64,000 bases of DNA from Candidatus Bathyarchaeota archaeon (lineage in GTDB: Archaea > Thermoproteota > Bathyarchaeia > Bathyarchaeales > Bathycorpusculaceae), in NCBI GenBank assembly GCA_963715865.1, contig OY970280.1, positions 1,952,001-2,016,000 of the forward strand, written 5' to 3'. Position numbers and translations under genes: made by a program. Position 1 is the first letter of the stretch. Every line of letters begins with the position of its first letter. Below the pieces are notes generated by a model. The model saw only the letters and a program-made list of their open reading frames with translations. It was not told the DNA's origin and did not search any database. Of this stretch, positions 37,050 through 47,329 are shown piece by piece.

Positions 37050-37129
37050 TTCTCGCTGAAAATTGTTTTTTCATCAAAAAAGCACATAAAGAACATATTC
37101 AATATTTATTTTTGAATAACTGATGAAAA

Positions 37130-37534
37130 ATGGCAATAGATAAAAAATCCCTCAAGAAAATGTTTCCAAACCTCTACAATGAGCTAGAAACAGGAGAAGT
37201 CAAGGTTCCAATTAATGCCGTGCGAAAAAACCCACTGGAAGCCGAAGAAGCCGCTACTGGCGAGGAATGTGAAGAGTGCGAGGAAGAGGAGTTTGCCCCC
37301 TGCACTGAAACGCCTGATAAGCTACGCCATTTTAACCCATCCGCCGTAGACTTTATTCGCCGATGCGACACGGAAACGCAAGCGGAAGAAATTATTGCTT
37401 ACCTGCAGAAAAAAGGCGAAATAACCAAAGAATATGCTGAGGAACTGCGGTGCAAGCTTAAACGTGAAGGCGTAAGAAGCTTTGGTCCCAAAAAAGAAGA
37501 AAACTATTACTTTAGAGAAGGCGGAATTTTCTAA
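37130..37534 (+). CDS. DUF2095 family protein
   Basis: FPNLYNEL; DFIRRC...KKGEIT...GVRSFGPKKE..YY. Confidence 0.8.
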   Translation: MAIDKKSLKKMFPNLYNELETGEVKVPINAVRKNPLEAEEAATGEECEECEEEEFAPCTETPDKLRHFNPSAVDFIRRCDTETQAEEIIAYLQKKGEITKEYAEELRCKLKREGVRSFGPKKEENYYFREGGIF

Positions 37535-37740
37535 CCATTTCATCTTCTTTTCAAACATCAAAAAACTGCAATCATTTGGGCAGTTGATACTAAAGTGTCA
37601 TTGATTGCTTATATAGGGAGGCTATAACTTTTTCCGAGCACTAGAGATTGCGCTTGTTTATCTTGTTTGCTTGTATTTTTGTCGGAAAATTAATTAAGAT
37701 AAAGACTCTTGTACAAACTCTGAAAATATGGTGATGTATT

Positions 37741-38760
37741 ATGACGATAAAAGTAGGAATTAACGGATTTGGAAGAATCGGAAGGCTTCTTTACCGCGCA
37801 GCACTCGAACGCAACGCAAAAATTGACTTCGTAGCAATCAACGATCTCGCAGACGCCAAAACAAATGCCCATCTCCTCAAATATGACTCAATCCACGGGC
37901 GCTTCCCCGGCACAGTCGAAGTCGAAGGCAACGACATAGTCGTCAACGGAAAAACCCTCAAATGTCTCAGCGTAAAAGACCCAGTAGCACTGCCATGGAA
38001 AGACCTTGGAGTTTACTTAGCAGTAGAATCCACTGGCTTGTTTACCAACCGTGAAGGTGCAGGCAAACACTTTCAAGCAGGAGCAAAGAAAGTCCTCATC
38101 AGCGCACCGGCAGAAAACCCAGATGTAACCATTGTATTAGGCGTAAACGACAAGTCGTATGACCCAGAAAAACACAATATCTTAAGCAACGCTTCATGCA
38201 CAACAAACTGCTTAGCACCAATCAGCAAAGTATTAGTTGACAACTTTGGCATAGAAAAAGGCTTAATGACAACATGCCACAGCTATACAAACGACCAACG
38301 CATCCAAGACCTTGTCCACAAAGACCCCCGCAGAGCAAGAGCAGCAGCAATAAACATTATCCCTACAAGCACAGGTGCAGCAAAAGCAATCGGCTTAGTT
38401 TTGCCAAGTTGCGCTGGAAAAATGAACGGCTATTCCCTGCGTGTGCCTACACCAGACGTATCCATTGTTGACTTAACCGCTATACTAGGAAAAGAAGTCA
38501 CCAAAGACGAAATTAATGCAGCTATGAAGAAAGCCGCAGCAGGTCCACTTAAAGGCATCTTAGAGTACACTGAAGACCCAATCGTTTCAAGCGACGTACT
38601 GCACAGCACTTATTCAGCAGTCCTAGATGCACAATTAACCATGGTTTTAGGTGAAAAGAGCAACTTCGTTAAAGTCTTCGCATGGTACGATAACGAATGG
38701 GGCTTTAGCAACCGCATGGTTGAATTCATCGAAATGATCGGCAAAAAAGCAGGCCTCTAA
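37741..38760 (+). CDS. gap: Type I (bacterial-type) glyceraldehyde-3-phosphate dehydrogenase
   Basis: [29 protein letters not shown] and WYDNEWGF motifs. Confidence 0.96.
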   Translation: MTIKVGINGFGRIGRLLYRAALERNAKIDFVAINDLADAKTNAHLLKYDSIHGRFPGTVEVEGNDIVVNGKTLKCLSVKDPVALPWKDLGVYLAVESTGLFTNREGAGKHFQAGAKKVLISAPAENPDVTIVLGVNDKSYDPEKHNILSNASCTTNCLAPISKVLVDNFGIEKGLMTTCHSYTNDQRIQDLVHKDPRRARAAAINIIPTSTGAAKAIGLVLPSCAGKMNGYSLRVPTPDVSIVDLTAILGKEVTKDEINAAMKKAAAGPLKGILEYTEDPIVSSDVLHSTYSAVLDAQLTMVLGEKSNFVKVFAWYDNEWGFSNRMVEFIEMIGKKAGL

Positions 38761-38824
38761 ACAAGCAAACAAACTTAAATCCTTCCTATCTTTTTCTTTT
38801 CTAAACTAAAAAGAAGTGAAAAAC

Positions 38825-40057
38825 ATGGCGAAATACAAAACCCTAGACGATTTTCAAGTCAAAAACAAAGTTGTCCTCGTCAGAGTAGACTTCAACTCAG
38901 AAATTGACCCGCAAACCAAGAAGGTCACAAGCGACGTACGCATCAGAGCACATGCCGAATCAACGCTCAAGGAACTGGCTGAAAAGGGCGCCAAAACCGT
39001 TGTTCTAGCACATCAGGGACGAAAAGGAGACCCAGACTACACACCGCTAAAGCAACACGCAGAAATACTGCAGAAAATCCTCAAATGCCCAGTAAAATAC
39101 GTCGACGATGTATTTGGTGAAAAAGCAAAAAACGCCATCAAGAACCTGAAAAGCGGAGAAATCCTAGTTCTAGAAAACGTACGCTCGTGGGATGGAGAAA
39201 CCAAAAGCGGCACACCAGAACAGCAAAGCAAAACTGAACTTGTCCAAAACCTCGCGCCACTCGCAGATTTATTCGTTAACGATGCTTTCGCCGCTGCACA
39301 CCGCGCACATGTATCCATGGTTGGTTTCACTGCAGTGTTGCCAAGTGCTGCAGGGCGCATAATGGAACGCGAGCTGAAAAGCTTAAGCAAAGCATTGGAA
39401 AAGCCTGAGAAGCCATCAGTTTACGTTATGGGTGGAGCAAAATCCGACGACAGCCTTGAAATCAGCAAGTACGTCCTCGGCAACGGCATAGCAGATTACG
39501 TGCTTGTTGGCGGCGTAACTTCACAATTGTTCCTTGCAGCTAAAGGCTTTGACCTTGGCAAGAAGAACATGGATTTTCTCGCAAAGAAAGAGTTAACAGG
39601 CTTAATTCCAGGCATAAAAGCGTTAATGGAGCAGTATCCCGATAAGGTTGTCGTGCCAGTTGATGTTGCCTTAGACGTAAACGGTAAACGCAAAGAAATC
39701 CCCGTAAGCAAACTGCCAACTGAATACTCAATCTTTGACATAGGCGCAAAAACCGTAGAGAACTATTCAAAAATCAGCTCCACCGCTAAATCCATAGTTG
39801 TCAGCGGACCAATGGGAGTTTACGAAAACAAAGAATTCAACTACGGCACCAAAAAAGTCTTCGAAGCCATAGCAAACAGCAAAGCCTTCAGCTTAGCAGG
39901 CGGCGGAAACACCATCGCAGCCATACAAGAATACGGTTTAAGCAAAAAAATCGGCTACATAAGCACTGCAGGCGGCGCACTAATCGAGTTCCTCATGGGC
40001 AAAAAACTGCCAGGCGTGGTAGCCCTAGAAACCGCAACTAAAACCAAGAAAATCTAA
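38825..40057 (+). CDS. pgk: Phosphoglycerate kinase (archaeal-type)
   Basis: RVDFNS, AHQGR, LLENVR-like, NDAFAAAHR and STAGGA motifs. Confidence 0.95.
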   Translation: MAKYKTLDDFQVKNKVVLVRVDFNSEIDPQTKKVTSDVRIRAHAESTLKELAEKGAKTVVLAHQGRKGDPDYTPLKQHAEILQKILKCPVKYVDDVFGEKAKNAIKNLKSGEILVLENVRSWDGETKSGTPEQQSKTELVQNLAPLADLFVNDAFAAAHRAHVSMVGFTAVLPSAAGRIMERELKSLSKALEKPEKPSVYVMGGAKSDDSLEISKYVLGNGIADYVLVGGVTSQLFLAAKGFDLGKKNMDFLAKKELTGLIPGIKALMEQYPDKVVVPVDVALDVNGKRKEIPVSKLPTEYSIFDIGAKTVENYSKISSTAKSIVVSGPMGVYENKEFNYGTKKVFEAIANSKAFSLAGGGNTIAAIQEYGLSKKIGYISTAGGALIEFLMGKKLPGVVALETATKTKKI

Positions 40058-40277
40058 ATCCTTCCCCTTTTTTACTTTTATAGAGTTATTATTGAAAAAA
40101 AACAAATTGAACACTTTTAGTAATAAAATGTTACTTTTTGTTGCTTTCTGTCACTTCTGTTATTAACTGCCACTTTGAAATCACTAGTACTCGGAAAAAA
40201 CTATAGTTCCCTTAAATAAAGGCGGATTGAGCGCAACTTTGAAAAAGCCTATTGCTCTCAAAGAGACCACCCCTCTT

Positions 40278-40381
40278 AAGAAGCAGGCTCTTGAAACACT
40301 CTTAATGAAGAGGCTCTCTAATTGGCTAAGTATTTGAGAAACGAAAAGAAAGACTGGTCTCCAAGAATCCCAAATATTTAA
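40278..40381 (+). pseudogene. Possible C-terminal remnant of a Cas1-solo (casposase-like) gene
   Basis: With one frameshift and one stop: KKQALETL(x)NEEAL*LAKYLRNEKKDWSPRIPNI*. Resemblance recalled from archaeal solo-Cas1 C-termini; not searched. Confidence 0.4.
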
Positions 40382-40398
40382 TCTCTTTTAGCCACATT

Positions 40399-41475
40399 TC
40401 ATCGATTCGGTGAAATTCTAATACTCGGATTTTTTGTTTTTCGTTTCTGGAGTAAACCAACCGTTACAAAGGTTATGTACCCTAACGCGATAATTAACCC
40501 AACAAATCCGTAATAGAAGTATGGTCTTTCAATGCTTTGCCAAGCCCAAGTAACTGTAAGGAAGCCCGTCCAATCTGCCTTCCCACCCAAATTTCCTTGA
40601 GAAAGTTCAAACTCGTATTTCCCAGGAGCAGTTATATCTATATTTGAAGGAATGGTGTACACGGTATGACTCCCAGTGACGTTCCATTGGGGAATCCATT
40701 CGGAACTTGACCCATTTGGTCTATACATGACTAGCGGGAGAACAGGCCAAACTCCAGAAACTGTATAATTTCCAGTAATGAGACCCGAGCCATATGTACC
40801 TGAATCTCCTGAAGTTATGTTCAAACCTAAGTAGAGTTTCTGAATATCCCATTGTTTAAGAGTTATACTTTTGATGAGTGGGTCAAAACCCTGCCCCACA
40901 GACACGTTAGGACCACCTCCCATGGAAAATTCGGAGTAGGTTAGTGGTTGTGAGTCAATTTTAATATTGTAAGCGCCTGTCCAAGGCACACGTTCAGTAG
41001 TAACATTAAAGCTCACGGTTTTATTTGTGCCGACAAAAATTGTTGCCATAGTCGGAATTGATTGCTCCGAAGCCAAAGAAGCTGTGGACAAAACCGAATA
41101 ATTCAGAGCGAAAAGACTTGCGATCAGCAAGGCGCCCACAAGTATGAGCGGATAAACTGTGGATATGATTTGTCTCGTTTTTAGCTTTTCATGTTTGTTT
41201 TGTGGTTGGTGTTCTTCGACACCGCTCATCAATTTTATTGCTGCTAAACCTATGCTTGAGAGCCCGTATTTTCCATTCTGGAGATGAGTAATCAGGTCAC
41301 TTAGGCTTTCAAGGTGATAGTTAAGGTGCCCGCTGTCGATTGCCAGTGATTCTTGGATCTCGCTGAAGTTCAGCGGTTTTTCAGCTAGCATTCTTAGGAT
41401 TCTTCTGCGAACGGGGTGTTTCAGAGATGTAAAAATTACGGAATACGTTTCTTCCTCCACATTGCTTTCAGACAA
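40399..41475 (-). CDS. ArsR-like wHTH with TM helix, extracellular domain and C-terminal TM helix
   Basis: SLKHPVRRRILRML...SGHLNYHLESL, then TM, beta-rich domain and TM. Confidence 0.75.
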   Translation of the reverse strand: MSESNVEEETYSVIFTSLKHPVRRRILRMLAEKPLNFSEIQESLAIDSGHLNYHLESLSDLITHLQNGKYGLSSIGLAAIKLMSGVEEHQPQNKHEKLKTRQIISTVYPLILVGALLIASLFALNYSVLSTASLASEQSIPTMATIFVGTNKTVSFNVTTERVPWTGAYNIKIDSQPLTYSEFSMGGGPNVSVGQGFDPLIKSITLKQWDIQKLYLGLNITSGDSGTYGSGLITGNYTVSGVWPVLPLVMYRPNGSSSEWIPQWNVTGSHTVYTIPSNIDITAPGKYEFELSQGNLGGKADWTGFLTVTWAWQSIERPYFYYGFVGLIIALGYITFVTVGLLQKRKTKNPSIRISPNR

Positions 41476-41653
41476 AGCAAATCACTTACCAATTAAGCAT
41501 AAGAACTGGTTGTCTTGAAAAGAGTTTTTGTGAAGAAACCTTCACTTGAAGCGAGAATGTAAAGTGAAAAAAGTTTTCCAAACACCAAGGAAGGAGAACG
41601 CGTTTTATGTGATCAATACAATGCGGGGCTGATATGCGTCCCTCTTTTTTTTT

Positions 41654-41764
41654 GTCTGTCTGGGTCTGTTTGTCTGTCTGTCGAGGGGGCGGGGGGTGTG
41701 GGAAAGTAGAGAGAGTATAAGAGTCGTAGTCGTAGGCGTGTTAGTCGTGGGTTTGGGTTTGGGG
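41654..41764. repeat. Low-complexity, strand-biased G-rich tract
   Basis: (TGTC)n, GGGGGCGGGGGGTGTGGG (41685-41702), GTCGTA repeats and GGGTTTGGGTTTGGGG (41749-41764). Confidence 0.6.
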
Positions 41765-41799
41765 ATTAAATTTTAATCAAGGTTTCTTGAGTAAGTTAG

Positions 41800-42570
41800 C
41801 TACTTTTTGTTTAAGTTTTGGTTTCCTGAGTTTTTGAAGGAAAGAATGGGATTTAGATTTTGGGAAATTGTTTTTAGGTCTTTTGCTATGAAATCTGGCT
41901 TTTGCTGGCTATCGAAAAGGTCTTTTAGCGTGTAAAACTGTGATGCAACAAAGATTGTTTTTAGTCCTGCTTGTTTAGCTCCTTTGATGTCTTCAATTGG
42001 GCTGTCGCCAATGTAAACTGCCTGGTTTGCTTGGATTTGCAGCTTGTTTAGGGTGTCTTGGAATATGTGGCTGCTTGGTTTTCGCCAGCCGTTTTCTTCC
42101 GAAACCACAACCGCATTGAAGAACGTGTTTATCCCGGTTTTCCTGAGGCTTGAGTAGATGACTGGTGCGTGGGTGAAGTTTGAGATTAAGGCTACTTTGC
42201 ATTGTTGGGTTGCTTGCTTGATCAGTTTTTTTGCGCCTGCTCTTAGCTCAAGCGTGTCTACGTAGTCTTTGAAGAAAACGTTCAAGGCAGCTTTGATGCG
42301 ATAATCATCCGCTGAAACCTTGAAACCGAGATTGCTGAGTGCTTCTGCCACCCAAACAGCGTTAGTTACTTCTCTTAATTGTTCATAGCGGATTTTGCGG
42401 TACTTCTCGTGAGCCACAATGTAGGCTTCTAAAAACTTGTCTTTGACAACATCAAAACCTTCATCCGCCAATGCTGCGTGGAGTTTTTCTCTTGAGGCTT
42501 CCATCGTGTAGTTTCCGCAGTTGACCAATGTGCCAATGTAATCAAATATTACCGCTTTAGCGCAATCCAT
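41800..42570 (-). CDS. HAD-superfamily hydrolase
   Basis: FDYIGTL, ISN, RKP and YIGDSPIEDI motifs; start set at ATG 42570. Confidence 0.9.
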   Translation of the reverse strand: MDCAKAVIFDYIGTLVNCGNYTMEASREKLHAALADEGFDVVKDKFLEAYIVAHEKYRKIRYEQLREVTNAVWVAEALSNLGFKVSADDYRIKAALNVFFKDYVDTLELRAGAKKLIKQATQQCKVALISNFTHAPVIYSSLRKTGINTFFNAVVVSEENGWRKPSSHIFQDTLNKLQIQANQAVYIGDSPIEDIKGAKQAGLKTIFVASQFYTLKDLFDSQQKPDFIAKDLKTISQNLNPILSFKNSGNQNLNKK

Positions 42571-42571
42571 T

Positions 42572-43318
42572 TTAGGGTTCTCTCTTTTTCGATAGGATGT
42601 TGTTGTCGGCGACTTGTTGGATTTTTTTGCCAATAGCAGTGTTGAGCAACTTCTCCACGTCACCGATGGCATCTTCAACCTGTGGGTCAAAGGGAATTTC
42701 GCCGAGAAACTTTAACCCCAACTTTCCTGTTTCCTCTGCGATGCCTTTTGCCTTGTCCATCTTCATGTTTTCGATAACACCGATGATTGGCATCTTCAAC
42801 GCGCACAACAGGCTCACTTGTTTCTTTACGGTTTCAAAAGCTAACAGTGAAGGCGTTGTGACTATTAGGAATTCTATGCGTTTAATCAGCCTTACCAAGT
42901 CAAGAACTGCGTCGCCTATGCCTGGTGGCATGTCAATTACTAGAAAATCCAGTTTACCCCACTGCGTAACTGACAATAGCTCAATTAAAGCGTTTGAAAC
43001 GTCTGCTCCACGCAACGGTGCTGGGTTATCGCCCACAAAGTAAACAAGCGACATGTATTCTAAGCCGTGAACTGTTGGCGGAATTATGCCTTTTTCCTCT
43101 TTCAGCTGCGTGTTTTCAGCGTTTAAGATTATGTGGGTTGATGGGCTTGTGAAGTCTAAGTCGAATAAGCCTACTTTGCAGCCGTTATGTGCAAGGGTTA
43201 ATGCGAGCGTGGTTGCAACCATGCTTTTTCCAACTCCGCCTTTGCCGCTTGAAACCGCAATAATTCTGCTTATTCGGCTTAAACGCTTGTTTATTACGCT
43301 TGTTCTGGGGTCAACCAC
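42572..43318 (-). CDS. Mrp/MinD-family ATPase, probably the ATPase-type HypB
   Basis: SGKGGVGKS and DMPPG; lacks the C-terminal CxxC of Mrp/ApbC; directly downstream of hypA. Confidence 0.8.
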   Translation of the reverse strand: MVDPRTSVINKRLSRISRIIAVSSGKGGVGKSMVATTLALTLAHNGCKVGLFDLDFTSPSTHIILNAENTQLKEEKGIIPPTVHGLEYMSLVYFVGDNPAPLRGADVSNALIELLSVTQWGKLDFLVIDMPPGIGDAVLDLVRLIKRIEFLIVTTPSLLAFETVKKQVSLLCALKMPIIGVIENMKMDKAKGIAEETGKLGLKFLGEIPFDPQVEDAIGDVEKLLNTAIGKKIQQVADNNILSKKREP

Positions 43319-43320
43319 GC

Positions 43321-43719
43321 TTATTTGGCTCCTTTTATGTTCTCAAGCCAAACTCCACGCCCGCTGCCGATTTCAAAGTCAGGGCTGCCACATTTAGGGC
43401 ACTTAATGTAAGTGTGCGCTACCTCGGGGACAAAGTGGATAGCTTCTGCAGTGTTTTTATCAAGTTTTTTCGTGTTAAACTGCCATGTGGTTTCGCAAAC
43501 TCTGCACTTCAATGTTGTTTTAGCTTTTAAGATGTGAAATTTGGCGTTCTTGAAAATTTCTGGTTTCATTTGCGATAAAGCAAAACGCAAAATGCCAGGC
43601 TCAACCTGCTGAAGCTCACCGACCTTAATGGTTACCTCTGTAACTTCTTTCAACTTCTCCTTCTCAGCAATCTCCTTCGCAGATGTGAGGATTGCTTCAG
43701 CTAAAGCCCATTCATGCAT
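43321..43719 (-). CDS. hypA: Hydrogenase nickel-insertion protein HypA
   Basis: MHEWALA, CRVC...CPKCGS and the long insertion IHFVPEVAH. Confidence 0.93.
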   Translation of the reverse strand: MHEWALAEAILTSAKEIAEKEKLKEVTEVTIKVGELQQVEPGILRFALSQMKPEIFKNAKFHILKAKTTLKCRVCETTWQFNTKKLDKNTAEAIHFVPEVAHTYIKCPKCGSPDFEIGSGRGVWLENIKGAK

Positions 43720-43887
43720 AAACTAACCTAACTTTACGCATCTTTAAAAGAATATTGTGACAAACTTGCAGTTTTAAAGAAAAAATGTGTGTCTAATGCC
43801 GGAGCAATTATAGCCAGTCGCAAAATCGAGCAAGCAACAACTATCTTTAAATCTGGTTAATTTTACCTATCTTTTGCTGAACAACTG

Positions 43888-44463
43888 GTGATTTCTGTGG
43901 AAAAGCAAATTAAAATTCTCGCTTTCGCTGGAAGCCTACGAAAAGGCTCATATAACAAAGCCTTAGTCCGTGCAGCTGTAGAGCTTGCACCTGAAAATGT
44001 AGCGATAGAAATTTTCGATTTGGAAGGGATTCCACCCTACAATCAAGACCTTGAAAATACTCCACCAGAAAGGGTAAATGAGTTCAAAGATAAAATCAGG
44101 AGTGCCGACGCGCTTTTGATTGCAACTCCAGAATACAACTATTCAGTTCCCGGGGTGTTAAAGAACGCGATTGATTGGGCTTCGAGGCCGAAAACAGGAA
44201 ATCCGCTTGAAGGCAAGCCCGTTGCAATCATGAGTGCGTCAATCGGAAGGCTTGGTGGAGCCAGAGCACAATATCATCTGCGTCAATCTTTTGTTTTTCT
44301 TAACATGCACCCAGTTAACCAGCCTGAAGTCATGCTGCCCTCTGCCGCTGACAATATTGACGCCAACGGCAGGTTAACTAACGAACAAACAAGAGAGCTA
44401 ATCAGGCAACTGCTTGAAGCGCTGGTGGCATGGACTATCCGGCTTAAAGGTAAGCCACAATAA
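43888..44463 (+). CDS. NAD(P)H-dependent FMN reductase (ChrR/SsuE family)
   Basis: GSLRKGSYN, TPEYNYSVPGVLKNAIDW and GGARAQ motifs. Confidence 0.92.
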   Translation: MISVEKQIKILAFAGSLRKGSYNKALVRAAVELAPENVAIEIFDLEGIPPYNQDLENTPPERVNEFKDKIRSADALLIATPEYNYSVPGVLKNAIDWASRPKTGNPLEGKPVAIMSASIGRLGGARAQYHLRQSFVFLNMHPVNQPEVMLPSAADNIDANGRLTNEQTRELIRQLLEALVAWTIRLKGKPQ

Positions 44464-44545
44464 AATTGATTAACGGCACTGTTTTAGCGCTGACTAGCAA
44501 AGCCTTAAAATTGTTAGATGCCACGTTAGGGATTAGGCGCGGAAC

Positions 44546-45838
44546 TTGAGAGTCATAGCTGACCTGCATATTCATGGTCGTTACAGTCGGGCAACAAGCG
44601 AGCAAATGAGCATTCCTGAAATCGCTCGCTACTCAAAAATTAAGGGTTTAAACATGGTTGGCACAGGCGATTTTACTCATCCGCAATGGCTCAAAGAAAT
44701 CAAGGAAACGCTCACAACAGAGCAGGATACAGGCCTTTTCAAATTAACCAGCAACATGGGCTCCTCAACTCGCTTTATGCTTACAACCGAAGTGTGCACC
44801 ATCTTCGATTATAAGGGCGAATCCAAGAAAGTTCACCATGTCATATTGACCCCAAGCATGGAGACCGCTGTTCAAATTAATGAATCGCTTAAGCGCTATG
44901 GCGATTTAGCCTCAGACGGCAGACCAATCCTAGACATGACGGCGCCACAGCTTGTTGAACAAGTAATGGCTGTTTCAAGCGAAAACATGATTTTTCCAGC
45001 TCACGCTTGGACGCCGTGGTTTAGCATTTTCGGCGCCTTCAGCGGCTTCGACACCATTGAAGATTGTTATCAAGACATGACAAAGCACATTCATGCTTTA
45101 GAAACTGGACTCTCGTCTGACCCAGCGATGAACTGGCGGCTGAGCAAGCTGGACCGGTTTGCGCTTGTTTCAAACAGTGACTGCCACAGTTTTTGGCCAT
45201 GGCGCATCGGCAGAGAAGCTAACGTTTTCGAACTTGAAAAATTCACTTACCAAGAAGTTACGGGCGCCATAAAAAGCAATGATCCAGCACGGTTCAAGTT
45301 TACTATTGAGACCGACCCTGCCTATGGCAAGTATCATTGGACTGGACACCGCAACTGCAAAGTATCCCTCGCACCGCAAGAAGCCATAAAATTCAATAAT
45401 GTTTGTCCAGTTTGCCGCAGAAAACTCACCAAAGGCGTTGAGCAACGCGTTGAAGAACTTGCGGACAGACCCATAAACTTCAAACGTGAAGGTGCGCCGG
45501 GGTTTTTGCGTTTGCTTCCACTCTCCGAAATTATAGCTGCAGTGTTAGGTACTGGTTCGCCTTCGACTCAAGCCGTTTGGAAAAACTATAATTTGCTGGT
45601 TGAAAAATTCGGGGATGAGTACACTGTGCTAATTGATACGCCCATGGAGGCTTTAGCTAAGGTGGTGGATGCACCGATAGCCCAAGCCATCGTTAAAGTT
45701 AGAAACGGCACAGTTAAGGTCACGCCAGGATACGACGGCGTTTATGGACAGATTGTTTTAGGCGTTGATGCCCCAGCGGTTAAACCTAAGCCCGCACATG
45801 GAACCGTTAAGCAGTTGAATATCGCTGATTTCTGGTGA
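44546..45838 (+). CDS. Endonuclease Q family protein (PHP domain)
   Basis: DLHIHGRYSRATS, PAHAWTPW, ETGLSSD, NSDCHS, GKYHWTGHRNC...CPVC and PGYDGVYG. Confidence 0.88.
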   Translation: MRVIADLHIHGRYSRATSEQMSIPEIARYSKIKGLNMVGTGDFTHPQWLKEIKETLTTEQDTGLFKLTSNMGSSTRFMLTTEVCTIFDYKGESKKVHHVILTPSMETAVQINESLKRYGDLASDGRPILDMTAPQLVEQVMAVSSENMIFPAHAWTPWFSIFGAFSGFDTIEDCYQDMTKHIHALETGLSSDPAMNWRLSKLDRFALVSNSDCHSFWPWRIGREANVFELEKFTYQEVTGAIKSNDPARFKFTIETDPAYGKYHWTGHRNCKVSLAPQEAIKFNNVCPVCRRKLTKGVEQRVEELADRPINFKREGAPGFLRLLPLSEIIAAVLGTGSPSTQAVWKNYNLLVEKFGDEYTVLIDTPMEALAKVVDAPIAQAIVKVRNGTVKVTPGYDGVYGQIVLGVDAPAVKPKPAHGTVKQLNIADFW

Positions 45839-45943
45839 TGAATTTCAAGTTATCGTTAATCGGCTATTTAGAAAAACAAAATGATTTAATTCCCTCAAAG
45901 AATTCTAGTTTTAACGTTACGCTTTACAAAGGATAGATTACTC

Positions 45944-47329
45944 TTGAAAGACCTTCTAACCAAAATAAATAACACAGCCATTCAAAAGTTCGGAGCCCAA
46001 TACGCTGAAGCCCGAGCCCAAAAACTTTTCAAAACAATGCTCACTTTGAAAGAGGAGCGTGTGGAAGCAGCTAAGCAGGGCATTGAGAACGGCGTTGCCT
46101 TGCGTGTACTTGTAAATGGCGCGTGGGGTTTCGCTTCAGTTGGATCATTGAACAGTGAAATTTTGGAAAGTGCTGTTTCGGATGCTTGTAGAATGGCTAA
46201 AATGGCTAGTTCACGGTTGAAAACGCCGATTAAACTTGCGGCGGCTAAAACCGTTAGTGACCGTGTTGAGTCGAAACCGAGGAAGAACCCTTCAGATATT
46301 CAGATGGAGGATAAAATTAAAACGGCTTTGGCGGTAAACAAGACTGGTTTGGGCTTTGATAATCGAGTAAAAAGTTGCACAATAGACTATCTTGATTTGA
46401 CTGGAACCAGCTATTTTGTGAACAGCGACGGCACAAGCATAGAGCAGGATAAACTGTATGTTTGGGCAAGAATAACTGCTTCAGCCTTAAACGAGGGCGT
46501 TTTCACTTTTAGCCGAGAAGAAATAGGCTCCACAGCAGGCTACGAAATATTCGATGAGCAAGCCCCCGAGGTCTTGGGCGAAAAAGTTGCGAAACGCGCG
46601 ATTGAACAGTTAAACGCTAAATCGCTGAAGGGCGGAACGTTCCCAGTTGTTTTGGGTCCAAACGTGGTAGGTGTTTTTGTTCATGAAGCGTTTGGGCATT
46701 TAGCTGAAGCTGATTTAGCGCTTTCGGGCGGTGTTTTAGCAAGTAATATGGGGAAAAAAATCGGTTCAGACTTGGTAACGTTTTATGATGATGGCACAAT
46801 CGAGGGAGCTTTTGGCGCTTTCAAATATGACGATGAAGGGGTTCCAACCCAGAAAACATTGCTGATAAAGGATGGCGTAGTTGCTGGTTTAATGCATAAC
46901 CGTGAGACCGCCCAAAAATTCAATGCTGAACCCACAGGTAACGCGAGGGCTGAAGATTTCCGTGTGGAACCAATCATCCGTATGCGATGCACTTACATGG
47001 CGCCCAGAGACCATTCCTTTGAAGAATTAATCGAAAAAGTCAAGCAAGGTTATTACTTTAAGAGTTTTAGGGGTGGACAAGCTAACCTTGACGGCACTTT
47101 CCAAGTTGGCATCCAAGAAGGCTACGAAATAGTCAACGGAGAAATAGGCGCACCAGTCCGTGATGCATCAATAAGCGGCAATACCCTTGAAACTTTGCAT
47201 AAGGTTGATGCTGTGGGAAAAGATTTTCAGTTAGATCAGGGAAGGTGCGGGAAAGGCCAAACAGCCTTCATTAGTGATGGTGGACCGCACATTAGAGTTA
47301 AAGAGGTGGTTGTTGGTGGTAGTGCTTGA
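45944..47329 (+). CDS. tldD: TldD metalloprotease
   Basis: HEAFGH..EAD motif and C-terminal CGKGQ. Confidence 0.92.
   Translation: MKDLLTKINNTAIQKFGAQYAEARAQKLFKTMLTLKEERVEAAKQGIENGVALRVLVNGAWGFASVGSLNSEILESAVSDACRMAKMASSRLKTPIKLAAAKTVSDRVESKPRKNPSDIQMEDKIKTALAVNKTGLGFDNRVKSCTIDYLDLTGTSYFVNSDGTSIEQDKLYVWARITASALNEGVFTFSREEIGSTAGYEIFDEQAPEVLGEKVAKRAIEQLNAKSLKGGTFPVVLGPNVVGVFVHEAFGHLAEADLALSGGVLASNMGKKIGSDLVTFYDDGTIEGAFGAFKYDDEGVPTQKTLLIKDGVVAGLMHNRETAQKFNAEPTGNARAEDFRVEPIIRMRCTYMAPRDHSFEELIEKVKQGYYFKSFRGGQANLDGTFQVGIQEGYEIVNGEIGAPVRDASISGNTLETLHKVDAVGKDFQLDQGRCGKGQTAFISDGGPHIRVKEVVVGGSA

Noticed and set aside
41685-41702. G-string as part of an ORB replication origin
   Set aside because: No ORB consensus core, no repeated boxes and no cdc6/orc1 nearby.
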